A stretch of DNA of 64,000 bases from Candidatus Saliniplasma sp. Lineage in GTDB: Archaea > Thermoplasmatota > Thermoplasmata > Halarchaeoplasmatales > Halarchaeoplasmataceae. Of the stretch, positions 19,562-30,304 are shown piece by piece. The notes beneath the pieces are model-generated. The model was not told the DNA's origin and searched no databases. It saw nothing but the letters and a program-made list of their open reading frames with translations. The position numbers and the translations under genes were made by a program. How positions within the stretch are numbered: the first letter of the stretch is position 1; every line of letters begins with the position of its first letter. The DNA lies in contig JAWOGF010000054.1 of NCBI GenBank assembly GCA_046497075.1, positions 3,371-67,370 on the forward strand, given 5' to 3'.

Positions 19562-20159
19562 TCCAAACCCCTACGGTAGATTCACCTGATTTTACAATAT
19601 CTCCCTCATTCACAGTCATTTTTATATTCTCCGGGAGATCAATTCTTACTCTTGACCCGAAACGTATCAACCCTATACGATCTCCCTTATTGATTTTATC
19701 CCCCTCTTTGATGTAAGGTACGATCCTACGTGCAAAAAAGCCTGTTATTTGATGTATCGTTATTTCACCTAGCTCAGTATCCAAAACTATCTTGTGCTTG
19801 AAGTTATTATCCGAGCTATCCAAAAAAGCGGGTTTGAAATTTCCGTCTATCATCTCTGTTTTTTTCACCAGACCACCAAAAGGGGCTCTGTTGACGTGGA
19901 CATTAGTTAGGTTCATAAACACATCAAATCTGTTAAGTTTTTTATCGATCAAAACAACTTTGCCATCAGCGGATGAAACTATTCCTTTTCCTATTGTTCT
20001 ACTTGGGTCTCTAAAGAAAATGAAACTCGATAAAAATATGATAAAGAATAAGATAGCAAGATAATATGACGGGTACCAAAGGAGATATCCAAAGGTTATG
20101 AAGACTATCACTGGGGTAATTAAAATTGATATTGGTTTGAGGGATCCTTGAGCTAACAT
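19551..20159 (-). CDS. psd: Phosphatidylserine/archaetidylserine decarboxylase proenzyme
   Basis: FFRDPSR, SSADG, VHVNRAP, IRFGSR autocleavage motif. Confidence 0.9.
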   Translation of the reverse strand: MLAQGSLKPISILITPVIVFITFGYLLWYPSYYLAILFFIIFLSSFIFFRDPSRTIGKGIVSSADGKVVLIDKKLNRFDVFMNLTNVHVNRAPFGGLVKKTEMIDGNFKPAFLDSSDNNFKHKIVLDTELGEITIHQITGFFARRIVPYIKEGDKINKGDRIGLIRFGSRVRIDLPENIKMTVNEGDIVKSGESTVGVWNED

Positions 20160-20211
20160 GGGTAGAAAAAATAAATAGAAGGGGGGTAAATGTTTTTTAC
20201 TGTATTTTTAG

Positions 20212-21348
20212 CTAATCTACAATATCTATCCCTTCACCGGAACTAAACATAGATTTGTGGGCTAGTTGATCAGATTCTGAGTGAACGTTCGTTATCACAA
20301 GTAATATCTTCATCGTGTTCTTCAATTCTTCTTCGACATTGCAGCCCCAGATTATTCTTGCATCACCCGATATCTTTTCATTTACAAGATCTGCAGCTCT
20401 TTCTGCTTCAGTTACTGTCATGTCTGGACCACCAGTTACTCTGATAAGTGCACCATTAGCTTCGCTTAAGTCCATCTCACCTAAAAGTGGAGATCCAATA
20501 GCCTGATTTACAGCGTCATCAACTCTGTTGTTGGGGTCGTCGGATTCACCGATGCCGATCATAGCAACACCGCCGTCATCCATTATTGTTCTAACATCGT
20601 TGTAATCTAAATTTACAAGTCCAGGTTTTGTGATGATCTCCGTCATACCTTTAATCGATTCCATCAATATTTCATCTGCAACCTTGAATGCAGCGTTTAG
20701 GGAAAGATTAGGTACTAATTCCAATAATTTATCATTGGGTATGATCACAGTCGTATCACAGAACCTCTCTAATCTAGTAAGTCCTTTCTTAGCATTTTTC
20801 ATCCTTTCTCTACCTTCACCTTCAAAAGGAAGTGTGACAACACCCATGACAAGAGCTTCTTCTTCTTTTGCTATTTCCGCTACAACGGGTATAGTGCCTG
20901 TACCGGTACCTCCTCCCATACCAGCTGTAATAAATACGATATCTGCGCCTTCAATATGCTTTTCCAGTTCATCTTTTGATTCCCTAGCTGATTCTTCACC
21001 GATCTCTGGTCTCGCACCAGCTCCAAGACCTCTTGTAGTATTTTTACCTATCAAAATCTTTTTTTGAGCATGGGTGTGCAGTAGATGTTTAGCATCAGTA
21101 TTACATGCAACTAATTCTGCTCCAGTGATCCCCTCCTCTGTCAGACGATCCAATGTATTACATCCTCCGCCTCCACAGCCAAAGATCTTTATATTGACCT
21201 CGAGGGTTTCTAAAAGATCTCTAAGTTCTTCATCTTCTGGTGCTTCTTCTAACTCCTCTTCATCGACATCATCTACCGTTTTTCCCCTTGGTTTTTCTTT
21301 TTCCTCTTTTTCGTGCTTATTTAAAGCTTGATTTACAATTGATTCCAT
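20212..21348 (-). CDS. ftsZ: Cell division protein FtsZ
   Basis: GCGGGGCN, NTDA, GMGGGTGTG, GLVNLDYND. Confidence 0.96.
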   Translation of the reverse strand: MESIVNQALNKHEKEEKEKPRGKTVDDVDEEELEEAPEDEELRDLLETLEVNIKIFGCGGGGCNTLDRLTEEGITGAELVACNTDAKHLLHTHAQKKILIGKNTTRGLGAGARPEIGEESARESKDELEKHIEGADIVFITAGMGGGTGTGTIPVVAEIAKEEEALVMGVVTLPFEGEGRERMKNAKKGLTRLERFCDTTVIIPNDKLLELVPNLSLNAAFKVADEILMESIKGMTEIITKPGLVNLDYNDVRTIMDDGGVAMIGIGESDDPNNRVDDAVNQAIGSPLLGEMDLSEANGALIRVTGGPDMTVTEAERAADLVNEKISGDARIIWGCNVEEELKNTMKILLVITNVHSESDQLAHKSMFSSGEGIDIVD

Positions 21349-21588
21349 ATACGATCCCGTCCATTTCGTTGGATAACGAAACTTATTAAAACTATTTAAA
21401 TCATTTGGCTATCATTTCTTAAATGGACCTATTTGACTCATTTTTGTCATATATTATTTTAGAAAAATATGATATCCCCCATTTCGTCATACATAATAGG
21501 GAAAATGTCAGACGATCCGGGTCTATTTGGTTCAACTCTAACTCACATAACATTTTTATCGAATGATAATCTACTTCTTCAAGATACC

Positions 21589-22509
21589 ATGGTTGAAAAA
21601 AAGGTTATCGATTTTGATCTAGATAAGGACACGAGATTATCGGATTTGATAGAGCAATATTATAAGTCAGGTGGTTTTGTCGCTAAAAAAGTCGGGATAG
21701 CAGTAGATGTACTTGACCAAATGTTCAAAGATGAAAGTACAAATTTCCTTTCCTTCCCTGCGTGTATTATCTCAACTGGAACTAGAGGTATAATCAAAGA
21801 AGCGATAAAGAATGAACTTTTTGATGTAGTTATCACTACATGTGGTACATTAGACCATGATCTAGCAAGAGTTTGGGAAGACTATTATCATGGTAGTTTT
21901 TCAGCTGATGATAATGAACTACATGAACAAGGTGTTAATAGATTAGGCAATATATTTATCCCGGATTCTTCTTACGGGGAGGTCCTAGAAAAGAAGATGC
22001 AGCCTATCATAAGTGAGATAGTGGGAGAATGTGGTTCAAAACTCAGTACAAGGGAGATAATATACGAATTCGGCAAAAGAATAGATAACGAAAATTCAAT
22101 ATTACATTGGGCAGCGGAAAAAGATATACCGGTTTATGTTCCAGGTATCACTGATGGTGCATTTGGTTCACAGCTATGGATGTACTGGCAAAACAATAAA
22201 GAGTTCAGTATAGATATGATTAAAGATCAGCAGGAATTATCGGATATAGTATTTCCTGCAGAAAGAACTGGAGCTTTGATGATAGGCGGAGGGATCTCAA
22301 AACATCATACTATATGGTGGAATCAGTTTAGAGGGGGATTGGATCGAGCGGTATACGTCACGACAGCTGTGGAATATGACGGATCACTGTCAGGTGCTAG
22401 GTTGAGAGAGGCGGTCTCATGGGGTAAGGTCAGAGGGGATGCAGATTATATAACGGTCGAAGGAGATGCTACAGCGTTACTACCTTTGATACTAGGCAAA
22501 TTTTTGTAA
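21589..22509 (+). CDS. dys: Deoxyhypusine synthase
   Basis: TTCGTLDHD, NRLGN, GGGISKHH, DGSLSGARLREAVSWGK; start probably ATG at 21589. Confidence 0.92.
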   Translation: MVEKKVIDFDLDKDTRLSDLIEQYYKSGGFVAKKVGIAVDVLDQMFKDESTNFLSFPACIISTGTRGIIKEAIKNELFDVVITTCGTLDHDLARVWEDYYHGSFSADDNELHEQGVNRLGNIFIPDSSYGEVLEKKMQPIISEIVGECGSKLSTREIIYEFGKRIDNENSILHWAAEKDIPVYVPGITDGAFGSQLWMYWQNNKEFSIDMIKDQQELSDIVFPAERTGALMIGGGISKHHTIWWNQFRGGLDRAVYVTTAVEYDGSLSGARLREAVSWGKVRGDADYITVEGDATALLPLILGKFL

Positions 22510-22513
22510 ACAA

Positions 22514-23080
22514 TCACTCATCTCTTAATATTTTTTTTATCTCTTGGTAGTTTTCTTTAACGGATTTATTAGTATCGATCACATGCCATTCCTCATCTAT
22601 TATTGAAAATACTTTCTCCCTTACTTTAGAAAAATCTTTAACATTTTCGAACATTTCCCTATCCTGCCTCTCTTTTACCCTCTTCATGGCCTCTTGGGGA
22701 TCCACATCTAGAAAAAACATGTATTCGGATGTTGGTAATATATTTTTGAATGCTTTATAACTGATATCGGATAATGGCTTTGGTAAATATGCAGTCCCTA
22801 TCAAATATCGGACTATTATCAAAATATCAGTATCATCTTCATTGTAGTATTTATTCAATGTTCTAAATACGTCTAGAGCGTAAAAGATCGATGCTTTAAA
22901 TTTATTGGTCACACCTCCTTTTAGAAGAGCTTCCTTTGCCTTTCTTCCAAAAACATTATCGTCCTCGGGATGCGACCTGAGTCTTACTGTTTTATCCTTA
23001 TCCTCGAACATCTTTTTTAACTTGAGTGCGTGCGTATCTTTACCTGATGCGTCACATCCATCGATTATGATAAGTTTCAT
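22514..23080 (-). CDS. tmk: Thymidylate kinase family protein
   Basis: IIDGCDASGKDT P-loop, IVRY, FFLDVDP..A.KR. Confidence 0.75.
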   Translation of the reverse strand: MKLIIIDGCDASGKDTHALKLKKMFEDKDKTVRLRSHPEDDNVFGRKAKEALLKGGVTNKFKASIFYALDVFRTLNKYYNEDDTDILIIVRYLIGTAYLPKPLSDISYKAFKNILPTSEYMFFLDVDPQEAMKRVKERQDREMFENVKDFSKVREKVFSIIDEEWHVIDTNKSVKENYQEIKKILRDE

Positions 23081-23123
23081 GGGGTCACCTATCGATATTT
23101 TCTATAAAGTATCCTTTTATAAT

Positions 23124-23165
23124 GATATCTTGTTCAGATATAAAGACATCTTGTTCAGATATAAA
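23124..23165. repeat. 21-bp tandem duplication (GAYATCTTGTTCAGATATAAA x2)
   Basis: 23124-23144 and 23145-23165, one mismatch, upstream of tmk. Confidence 0.85.
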
Positions 23166-23216
23166 ACAGTACAGGTATATTTAATTTAACTATTCTAGAA
23201 ATAGTAAGTGATCATA

Positions 23217-24089
23217 TCAAGCTAATGACCCGATCAGGAAAGCCCCCAAACCCAGCATCATTGCTATCAACGTCATTTTTCTAAACAATTTTACAGGCGG
23301 ATTTGATTTCAGAAGTAGTACGGTAGTCATTCCTAAAAATAGTAGATCTGGTACGGAAACTGATATCAAATATAGATTGTTTTTATAAAATGAGGGATCT
23401 ATATTCAAAAAGAATGGGATCAAACTCATAGATACAGCACTTACAAAAAAAACTCCTGTGATTAGAAATGAGTTATACTTGCCAAAGTATATTGGTAAAG
23501 ATTTCACTGCCCCCTCTTTATCACCTTCTAGATCCATCACATCTTTCAGGATCTCTCTCCCGACCCCTGATAGAAAAGCCATGGAAGACAATATCCATAT
23601 TATAGGAGGGATATCAGGTGAAAAGGCTACCCCACCAAATAGAAAGGGTATAGCCATGGTGTATGCAATATAATAATTACTCACCAATTTGATCTTCTTG
23701 AATTTTATATCATATAATAACGCGAATACACCTGTTATCAAAGCGATCAAAAAACAAACGTAATTGACAAAAAATGCAGTTATGATCCCCAGTGGGAAAA
23801 AAGTCAGAGTTACAGCAACAGCAGTACTAGGAGCGAGATCACCTCTTACCAAAGGTCTATCTGCTCTATTATTCCTTTTATCTATCGGATAGTCATAATA
23901 GTCATTCAATGCGAAAGTGCTGATCTCCAAAAAGACAGCGGTGAGAGTTGCCAGAGTCAGTTTCCAGAGGTCTGTAGGTATACCTTTTTGAGCGATAACT
24001 GCACCTATGAAAACTGCTACAGCTAACATCAAACCGTGATCCAGTCTTATCAGGTCCCAGAGACCTTTTAACTTACCCATATGGTTCAC
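23217..24089 (-). CDS. UbiA-family prenyltransferase, probable digeranylgeranylglyceryl phosphate synthase
   Basis: NDYYDYPIDKRN..RPLVRG and REILKDVMDLEGD motifs; multi-TM. Confidence 0.85.
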   Translation of the reverse strand: MNHMGKLKGLWDLIRLDHGLMLAVAVFIGAVIAQKGIPTDLWKLTLATLTAVFLEISTFALNDYYDYPIDKRNNRADRPLVRGDLAPSTAVAVTLTFFPLGIITAFFVNYVCFLIALITGVFALLYDIKFKKIKLVSNYYIAYTMAIPFLFGGVAFSPDIPPIIWILSSMAFLSGVGREILKDVMDLEGDKEGAVKSLPIYFGKYNSFLITGVFFVSAVSMSLIPFFLNIDPSFYKNNLYLISVSVPDLLFLGMTTVLLLKSNPPVKLFRKMTLIAMMLGLGAFLIGSLA

Positions 24090-24129
24090 ATCTTTCGGGG
24101 ATGGTAATGTGAAAACGGTTTTTCTTGGA

Positions 24130-24603
24130 TCATATTATATTTTCAGAGATATTTTCTTCTTTCATCTCTCTATCGCAGTACACACATTTCAATGTGACTG
24201 GTTCTTCACCGATAACCTCGAATTCGGGTTCTACCGGTTCGTTCTGATTTGTAATACATGTATTGTTTATGCATTTGACGATGCCTTTGATTTTTTCAGG
24301 TAGTTTTACTTGATGTTTTTCGATAACGTCATAATCCCTGATTATGTTTACAGTCGCCTTTGGTGAGATAAGAGATATCTTATCAAGTTCTTCGCTTTTT
24401 AGTTCCATATTTTCCACTTTTACGATATCTTTTTTTCCAGTACTGCTATGAACATTCATAGCAATACTTACGATACTGCCCATCTGTTTATCACTTACTC
24501 CTATGATCTTTAATACCTTCATGGCATGACCGCTTTTGATATGGTCTATCACTGTTCCGCTTTCGATAGGAGTAATCTTGATCTTTTTCTCTTTATTCAT
24601 CAT
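24130..24603 (-). CDS. pyrI: Aspartate carbamoyltransferase regulatory subunit
   Basis: GTVIDHI, KDIVKVE, C-x4-C...CVYC. Confidence 0.95.
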   Translation of the reverse strand: MMNKEKKIKITPIESGTVIDHIKSGHAMKVLKIIGVSDKQMGSIVSIAMNVHSSTGKKDIVKVENMELKSEELDKISLISPKATVNIIRDYDVIEKHQVKLPEKIKGIVKCINNTCITNQNEPVEPEFEVIGEEPVTLKCVYCDREMKEENISENII

Positions 24604-25531
24604 ATCCCTCCGTTAGTAATTTTAATAAAGCCATCCTGATAGGAACCCCATTAGCAGCTTGTTTGAAGTATTTAGCATATCTCGTTTCATCCACGTCAGC
24701 AGATATCTCGTCTACTCTGGGCAAAGGATGCATTATAATTAGGCCGTCATCTGCATCATCCAGCATATCTTGCTTTATAGTATACGTTTCCGCTACTTCG
24801 AGATATTCTTCTTCGCTGGGGAACCTTTCTCTTTGTATCCGGGTCATATAAAGTACATCAAGTTCCGGTAGTGGATCCAAGATATTTTCTTCTTTCCGAT
24901 ATTCAATACCCATCTTTTCGATATCTTTGATTATTTCGTCGGGTATCTGCAAAGATGGTGGTGCTATAAACGTGAGTTCACATCCATACATCGATAGAGC
25001 ATGAGTAAGCGAGTGGACTGTTCGTCCATATTTTAGATCACCGGCTATCCCGATCTTTTTGTTCTTGATCTCTCCTTTCTCCCCCCGGATAGTAAATAGG
25101 TCAAGGAGTGTTTGTGTAGGATGTTGTCCTGCACCATCCCCTGCGTTTAGGATAGGTTTATTTGAGAATTTAGCCGCTAATCTAGCAGCCCCTTCTTGTG
25201 GGTGTCTTAAAACGATTACATCTACATAACTAGCGATAACCTGTATAGTGTCAGCTAATGTTTCACCTTTTTTTACAGAAGAAGTCCCGGCTCTAGCGAA
25301 CCCGATGCATGAGCCCCCTAATCTTTTCATCGCGCTTTCAAAGGAGAGCCGAGTTCTTGTACTGGGTTCAAAGAATAAAGTACCCAGGATTTTGCCATCT
25401 AAGGAATTATCTTTTTCTTTCCCAGATGCTATCCCAGTCATCTCTTCAGCAACATCTAGCACTAGATTTATCTCTTCTTGTGTGAAATCTTTTATTGAAA
25501 CCACATGTTTTTTATTGAATTTCGAAACCAT
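24593..25531 (-). CDS. pyrB: Aspartate carbamoyltransferase catalytic subunit
   Basis: FFEPSTRTRLSF, HPTQTLLD, MHPLPR; start probably ATG at 25531. Confidence 0.96.
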   Translation of the reverse strand: MVSKFNKKHVVSIKDFTQEEINLVLDVAEEMTGIASGKEKDNSLDGKILGTLFFEPSTRTRLSFESAMKRLGGSCIGFARAGTSSVKKGETLADTIQVIASYVDVIVLRHPQEGAARLAAKFSNKPILNAGDGAGQHPTQTLLDLFTIRGEKGEIKNKKIGIAGDLKYGRTVHSLTHALSMYGCELTFIAPPSLQIPDEIIKDIEKMGIEYRKEENILDPLPELDVLYMTRIQRERFPSEEEYLEVAETYTIKQDMLDDADDGLIIMHPLPRVDEISADVDETRYAKYFKQAANGVPIRMALLKLLTEGYDE

Positions 25532-25684
25532 GATTCTCGGTAGGTAATTAAACCAGACCAATATATGATTTTGGATGTATTACAATGATTTCAATGTGCT
25601 ATATAAAAAACAATAAGAGTCATTTGATACAAAATAAAAGATTATGTAAATGTAAATACAAACTACAAAATACAATAATAAAGT

Positions 25685-26554
25685 TTACAATAGGCCGGCC
25701 TTCTGGAGTGTCATGATATCTTCAGTGCCGAGTTTCTCTCCTTTCTTAAATTGTTCGTAGAGTTTTTCAGCCTCTTCCTTAGTGTCAGCTTCCTCTTTCC
25801 TCTTTTTCTCCATCCTTTCCTTTTTCTGAAGGCCAGAGATGATCTTATTATAATCTTGAACTTCGTTAACCGCATCTATATGTTTCTGGTGGTATTCATC
25901 AGCTTCGACCTTAGCTTCAACGAATTTAGCTTGGGCTTCATCTGCCTTTTCCCTGATATCATCTGCTTCATTGAATATTTCGATCATTCTGTCATGTTTC
26001 TTTTGAGCTTCGTCCGCTTTCTTTGAAACTTCATTATGGTATTGCTCTGCCTTCTCTTTTGCTTCATCTAAATCTTCTGATAATTCTTTAAGTTCTTCGT
26101 TTTCGTTCAGCAATCTTTCCCTTTCTTTGACTTTTTCCCTCAAAGAAGAGATCTCATCGACTAATTCTCTTTCTTTATCAGGGGATAAAACATTTGTCAT
26201 CTGAGTATACTCAAGCTTCTCGATCTTTTTATTTAGCTCTTCGATGGAGGTTCCGTCCTTTGGTAGAATTTCTTGTTTCTTCTTCTTCAATTTACTGGAA
26301 ATTTCTCTTACCTTTTTGTTCCATTTGTTTCTTTTTTCTTTAGCCTTTTTTACATCTTCGTTCAACTTGTTTCGCTCTTCCTTGAGCTCATTACCTTCTT
26401 CTATGAACTCTTTGACCTTAGAATTGAGTTCATCCCGTTTCTGAACCCATTTCTTAGCCTCTTGGTTCATCTCGTTCCTTAGTCGTTTATATTTTTCAGC
26501 CTGGGAATTGGCTCTTTTCCTTTTTTCTTCCAATTCCTTTAGAAGTTCTGTCAT
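25685..26554 (-). CDS. Conserved archaeal coiled-coil protein (COG1340-like)
   Basis: Entirely helical E/K-rich heptads; C-terminal FKKGEKLGTEDIMTLQK. Confidence 0.75.
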   Translation of the reverse strand: MTELLKELEEKRKRANSQAEKYKRLRNEMNQEAKKWVQKRDELNSKVKEFIEEGNELKEERNKLNEDVKKAKEKRNKWNKKVREISSKLKKKKQEILPKDGTSIEELNKKIEKLEYTQMTNVLSPDKERELVDEISSLREKVKERERLLNENEELKELSEDLDEAKEKAEQYHNEVSKKADEAQKKHDRMIEIFNEADDIREKADEAQAKFVEAKVEADEYHQKHIDAVNEVQDYNKIISGLQKKERMEKKRKEEADTKEEAEKLYEQFKKGEKLGTEDIMTLQKAGLL

Positions 26555-26774
26555 GTTTTCAGCACTATCCAGTGTTTTATAATCTAATGAAGCAATCTAA
26601 TCAATATGTGACCCCTTTATAACACTTTCGGAATTATTCCTATACTAGATATAGGATTGATATATATCTGATATCGAGGATATGTGATAGGATATATATA
26701 TCCTTAATAAACAGCATTGTACGGAGACGCAAATGTAATATAATACCTCTTTATGTTAATCTTTGATTGGTAAT

Positions 26775-28196
26775 ATGTCAGGAGAAAAATCAACTTTAGA
26801 AGACGAACTTTCTTTTTCGATACCAAATGGATGGGAACAATCCGATAAAAACACTATATCGGATATAATGGATTTCGCAGAGGATTACAAGAAATTTATG
26901 ACAAATTCAAAGACTGAAAGGGAAACCATCGATAACACGGTGAGTTTATTGGAAGAGAATGGTTTCGTTTCTATAGCCGAATGTGATGAGCTAAATCCAG
27001 GAGATAAAGTGTATATTATTAATAAAAAAAAGGCAATCGCTATCATAGTGATAGGCCAAAATAAGATAACCGACGGTTGTCAAATATTGGCTAGTCATAT
27101 AGATGCTCCACGCTTAGATCTGAAAGCGAGGCCGATTTATGAAGATAAAGATGCATCATTAGGTCTTTTCAATACACACTATTACGGGGGTATAAAGAAA
27201 TACCAATGGGTGAGTACGCCTTTAGCTATCCACGGTAAGGTTGTGAAAGAAGATGGTCAAGTTATAGACGTAACCATCGGTGAAGACACTGACGACCCTG
27301 TCTTCGCTGTCAGTGATCTTTTACCTCATCTTTCAAAAAAGAAACAGTCTGATAGGAAGATGAAAGACGTGATAAAAGGTGAGGAATTGAACGTTATAAT
27401 AGGCGGTAAACCCATCGATGATGATGATGTCGAAGAAAAAGTCAAGACAAATATATTGAAGATATTGGATGATAAATATGGTATCACGGAAGAGGACTTC
27501 ACCAGTGCTGAGATAGAGATAGTTCCCGCTGGTCCAGCTCGAGATTTGGGACTAGATCGAAGTATGCTTGGTGCATATGGTCAGGATGATCGGGTCTGTG
27601 CATACACCAGTTTGAAGGCCTGTTTAGACATCGAAGACCCATCTAAGACTAGTTTGGTTTTTATGTTCGATAAAGAGGAAATTGGTAGTGAAGGTAATAC
27701 AGGGGCAAACTCAAGATTTACCGAATCAGTTTTCCAACAAATTTTAGCTAAAACTTTAGGTGACTATTCCTTGGAGGATTTTAGAGTGATCCTTGAGAAC
27801 AGTAAGGGTATCTCAGGAGATGTTAATCCTGGTGTGAATCCATCATTCAAGGGCGTCCATGATCTAAATAACGCCGGTAAGATGAGTAAAGGGATAGTAG
27901 TCACCAAGTATACTGGTGCAGGTGGAAAATTCAGTGCTAGCGATGCTCATGCAGAATATGCTGCTTACATACGAGGGATACTTAATGAAAATGATGTCTC
28001 TTGGCAAACTGCAGAACTGGGTAAAGTTGATGAAGGTGGCGGAGGTACAGTAGCCAAATTCCTAGCGAGCTTAAATCTTGATATAATCGACGCTGGTCCT
28101 CCATTATTGGGTATGCATTCACCGTTCGAGATAATATCAAAAGTGGATGTCTATAATACGTTTAAAGCGTATAGGTCATTTTTAGAGGCGGAATAA
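26775..28196 (+). CDS. M18-family aminopeptidase
   Basis: SHIDAPRLDLK, HYYGGIKKYQW, GQDDRVC, DKEEIGS, MHSPFE. Confidence 0.92.
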   Translation: MSGEKSTLEDELSFSIPNGWEQSDKNTISDIMDFAEDYKKFMTNSKTERETIDNTVSLLEENGFVSIAECDELNPGDKVYIINKKKAIAIIVIGQNKITDGCQILASHIDAPRLDLKARPIYEDKDASLGLFNTHYYGGIKKYQWVSTPLAIHGKVVKEDGQVIDVTIGEDTDDPVFAVSDLLPHLSKKKQSDRKMKDVIKGEELNVIIGGKPIDDDDVEEKVKTNILKILDDKYGITEEDFTSAEIEIVPAGPARDLGLDRSMLGAYGQDDRVCAYTSLKACLDIEDPSKTSLVFMFDKEEIGSEGNTGANSRFTESVFQQILAKTLGDYSLEDFRVILENSKGISGDVNPGVNPSFKGVHDLNNAGKMSKGIVVTKYTGAGGKFSASDAHAEYAAYIRGILNENDVSWQTAELGKVDEGGGGTVAKFLASLNLDIIDAGPPLLGMHSPFEIISKVDVYNTFKAYRSFLEAE

Positions 28197-28260
28197 TCCT
28201 AGGTCTTCAAACCCCTCTCTCCCCCTTTATATAACTCCTTTACTATATCTACTACCTCTC

Positions 28261-30180
28261 TTATTTTTTTAACACTTTTACCCCGCCAGGGGGTAATATA
28301 TTCTGTATTTCCTTAACTGGTACTCTATAATAATCCGCCATCTCTTTTGCGAAATCATTTTGACTCTTAGTCCCTGGAATGAATACCACTTGTCTTTTAC
28401 ACATTTCGTCGTTTCTATTTTCGATAGAATAACTTGGGGCACACATGATCTTACGGTTACCTTCATACTCGATTTCTGTCAATACAGCTTTCATTTCAAT
28501 TTTATCGATATAGTTCCTTTTCCCTCTTATAACGAAGGCACCAGTAGGGAGTGATTCTCCAGCCTCGGCCGTTTTACTTACCTGGTTTGGTTTTACCCAA
28601 TATGCCCTACCCGAAGCTATGCCTCTTTTCCATTCTTTTGAATGTATAAGGGAATATTGACATGCCTCTCTGAGCGATGCTTCACCGATATTAGTATCAT
28701 TTTTTATTACTACGCTCGGTGCACCACCAGCCTCTGCATGGGCATATCTAGAATTCCTTTCCATATACTTTTTTACGACTTCCTCATTTGTTTTGCTATC
28801 CTTTCCTGCAATAACAAGATTGTCCTCGCTGGAAATGAACCACTTATATTTGTCAAACCAAAATTTTTCCGTAGGCTTTTTACTCTTTTTCTGGACCTTC
28901 CCCTCTTTTCCTTCTTCGATCTGTTTTTTGGTCTCTTTTATCGCCTTTTTTGCTCCTTCGAGTTTTTTCTTAGATTTTTTACTTTTATTGTAATACTTTT
29001 GAGCGTTCTTGTTTACATCCTTTCTAAAATCCAATTTAACATTCTTTTCTACTTTTTCTCCATCAGCCTTTCCCTTTAAGTTCATAACCATATATTCATC
29101 TTTATCGTTTATCTGTATGACCTCATCTTTCTCCATTAATCTATCAAATACTTCATCTCTATTCCCCTCTTCTCTTGCCTGAAGTATCGAATCTAAGTGA
29201 TCTTTACATCTCTTATAATTTTGATAGATCATATCTGCGATGATCTTATATTCGGTGATATCGGTTTCTAGATTCTTGACAGCTCTTTTCTGCTGTTCGA
29301 GTTTCCTTTCTAATCTAGAATCCTCCTTTTCCTCCTTTTCAACAACTTCGTCTGGCTTTACTATAGCGTTATCTAGAGCTTGATTATAAGTTTCCGTCTC
29401 TTTCTGTTCATAGTCCTCATATATCGATAATGGTAAAGGAACTGCATCGATGACCTTAACCCCATCTTTGACCAATCTAGGTGATAACTTTTCTTTGTTT
29501 AACACCTGTTCTCTGAATCCATCTATTATATCTTTTATATCTTCTGAATAATCTGTAAATTCATCTATATTTTTATCTACGTTTAACCTAGAACAGACCT
29601 CTTCTGAATATTTTCCGCCCAAGTTCAGATCTACTGCTAAAGTCCGGACAAGGTCTTTATCAGAATCCGCTAAAATTTGTAAAAGTTCCTCCCTGGAAAT
29701 ATCGAAGGGATTCAATCTACTTGGAGGAAATTTATAATATTCGCCCTGCTTTAATTCTCTATGACTCCAGGACTCAGACCTATATGGTAAGAGTATCCTA
29801 TCATCTCCATCTAATACAAGATTACCTTTTCCGAAAACCTCGAATATCAACCTGTAGCTTTTTTTCTTTTCTAATTCTATCACTACAACCCTATCGAATT
29901 CGTGCTGGTAAATATTGAAGATTCGAGAATTACCTAGATACTTTCTCATGAGCATTATATAATCTCCAGGATGCAGAGGATTATCTCTCTCTTTTTGAGT
30001 CAAGTAAAGTGCTTCTCCGATCCTGAAGATTAACATCTTCTTACCTTCACCAGGTACGTGGATACGGAAAAGGAGTTCCTTCTTATTTGGACGGTATACC
30101 TTCTGTATATACCCGCCAACTAAACTCTTGAGTTCCTTAACAACTGCTGAGATCTCTAGAGCCTCCATTTCTTCTTTCAT
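28261..30180 (-). CDS. rqcH: Ribosome quality-control factor RqcH/Rqc2 (NEMF/NFACT family)
   Basis: NFACT-N (QHEFDRVV, EVFGKGN), coiled coil, NFACT-R (WFISSE..IAGKD, VSKTAEAGE.LPTGAFVIRGKRNY). Confidence 0.9.
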   Translation of the reverse strand: MKEEMEALEISAVVKELKSLVGGYIQKVYRPNKKELLFRIHVPGEGKKMLIFRIGEALYLTQKERDNPLHPGDYIMLMRKYLGNSRIFNIYQHEFDRVVVIELEKKKSYRLIFEVFGKGNLVLDGDDRILLPYRSESWSHRELKQGEYYKFPPSRLNPFDISREELLQILADSDKDLVRTLAVDLNLGGKYSEEVCSRLNVDKNIDEFTDYSEDIKDIIDGFREQVLNKEKLSPRLVKDGVKVIDAVPLPLSIYEDYEQKETETYNQALDNAIVKPDEVVEKEEKEDSRLERKLEQQKRAVKNLETDITEYKIIADMIYQNYKRCKDHLDSILQAREEGNRDEVFDRLMEKDEVIQINDKDEYMVMNLKGKADGEKVEKNVKLDFRKDVNKNAQKYYNKSKKSKKKLEGAKKAIKETKKQIEEGKEGKVQKKSKKPTEKFWFDKYKWFISSEDNLVIAGKDSKTNEEVVKKYMERNSRYAHAEAGGAPSVVIKNDTNIGEASLREACQYSLIHSKEWKRGIASGRAYWVKPNQVSKTAEAGESLPTGAFVIRGKRNYIDKIEMKAVLTEIEYEGNRKIMCAPSYSIENRNDEMCKRQVVFIPGTKSQNDFAKEMADYYRVPVKEIQNILPPGGVKVLKK

Positions 30181-30304
30181 ATGAAGTAAAATCAGTCATT
30201 AAGGTTTAAGTTTTTTTACACTCTACTTAGAATTTTCACATCGAGTACATGTATTTGCATAAATCTTAAATCAATCTCTTGGTATAGCTATTTGGAGGAT
30301 TAAA

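Noticed and set aside
8261-23165. CRISPR array from the 21-bp repeats
   Set aside because: Only two abutting copies each, no spacers, the two repeats are unrelated, and there are no cas genes
25685-26554. Coiled-coil protein as SMC, ESCRT or a defence component
   Set aside because: No ATPase motifs; resembles a widespread conserved archaeal coiled-coil family
26640-26705. GATATATATC-type palindromes in the divergent intergenic region
   Set aside because: Low-complexity AT alternation gives palindromes by chance; no matching site recognised elsewhere
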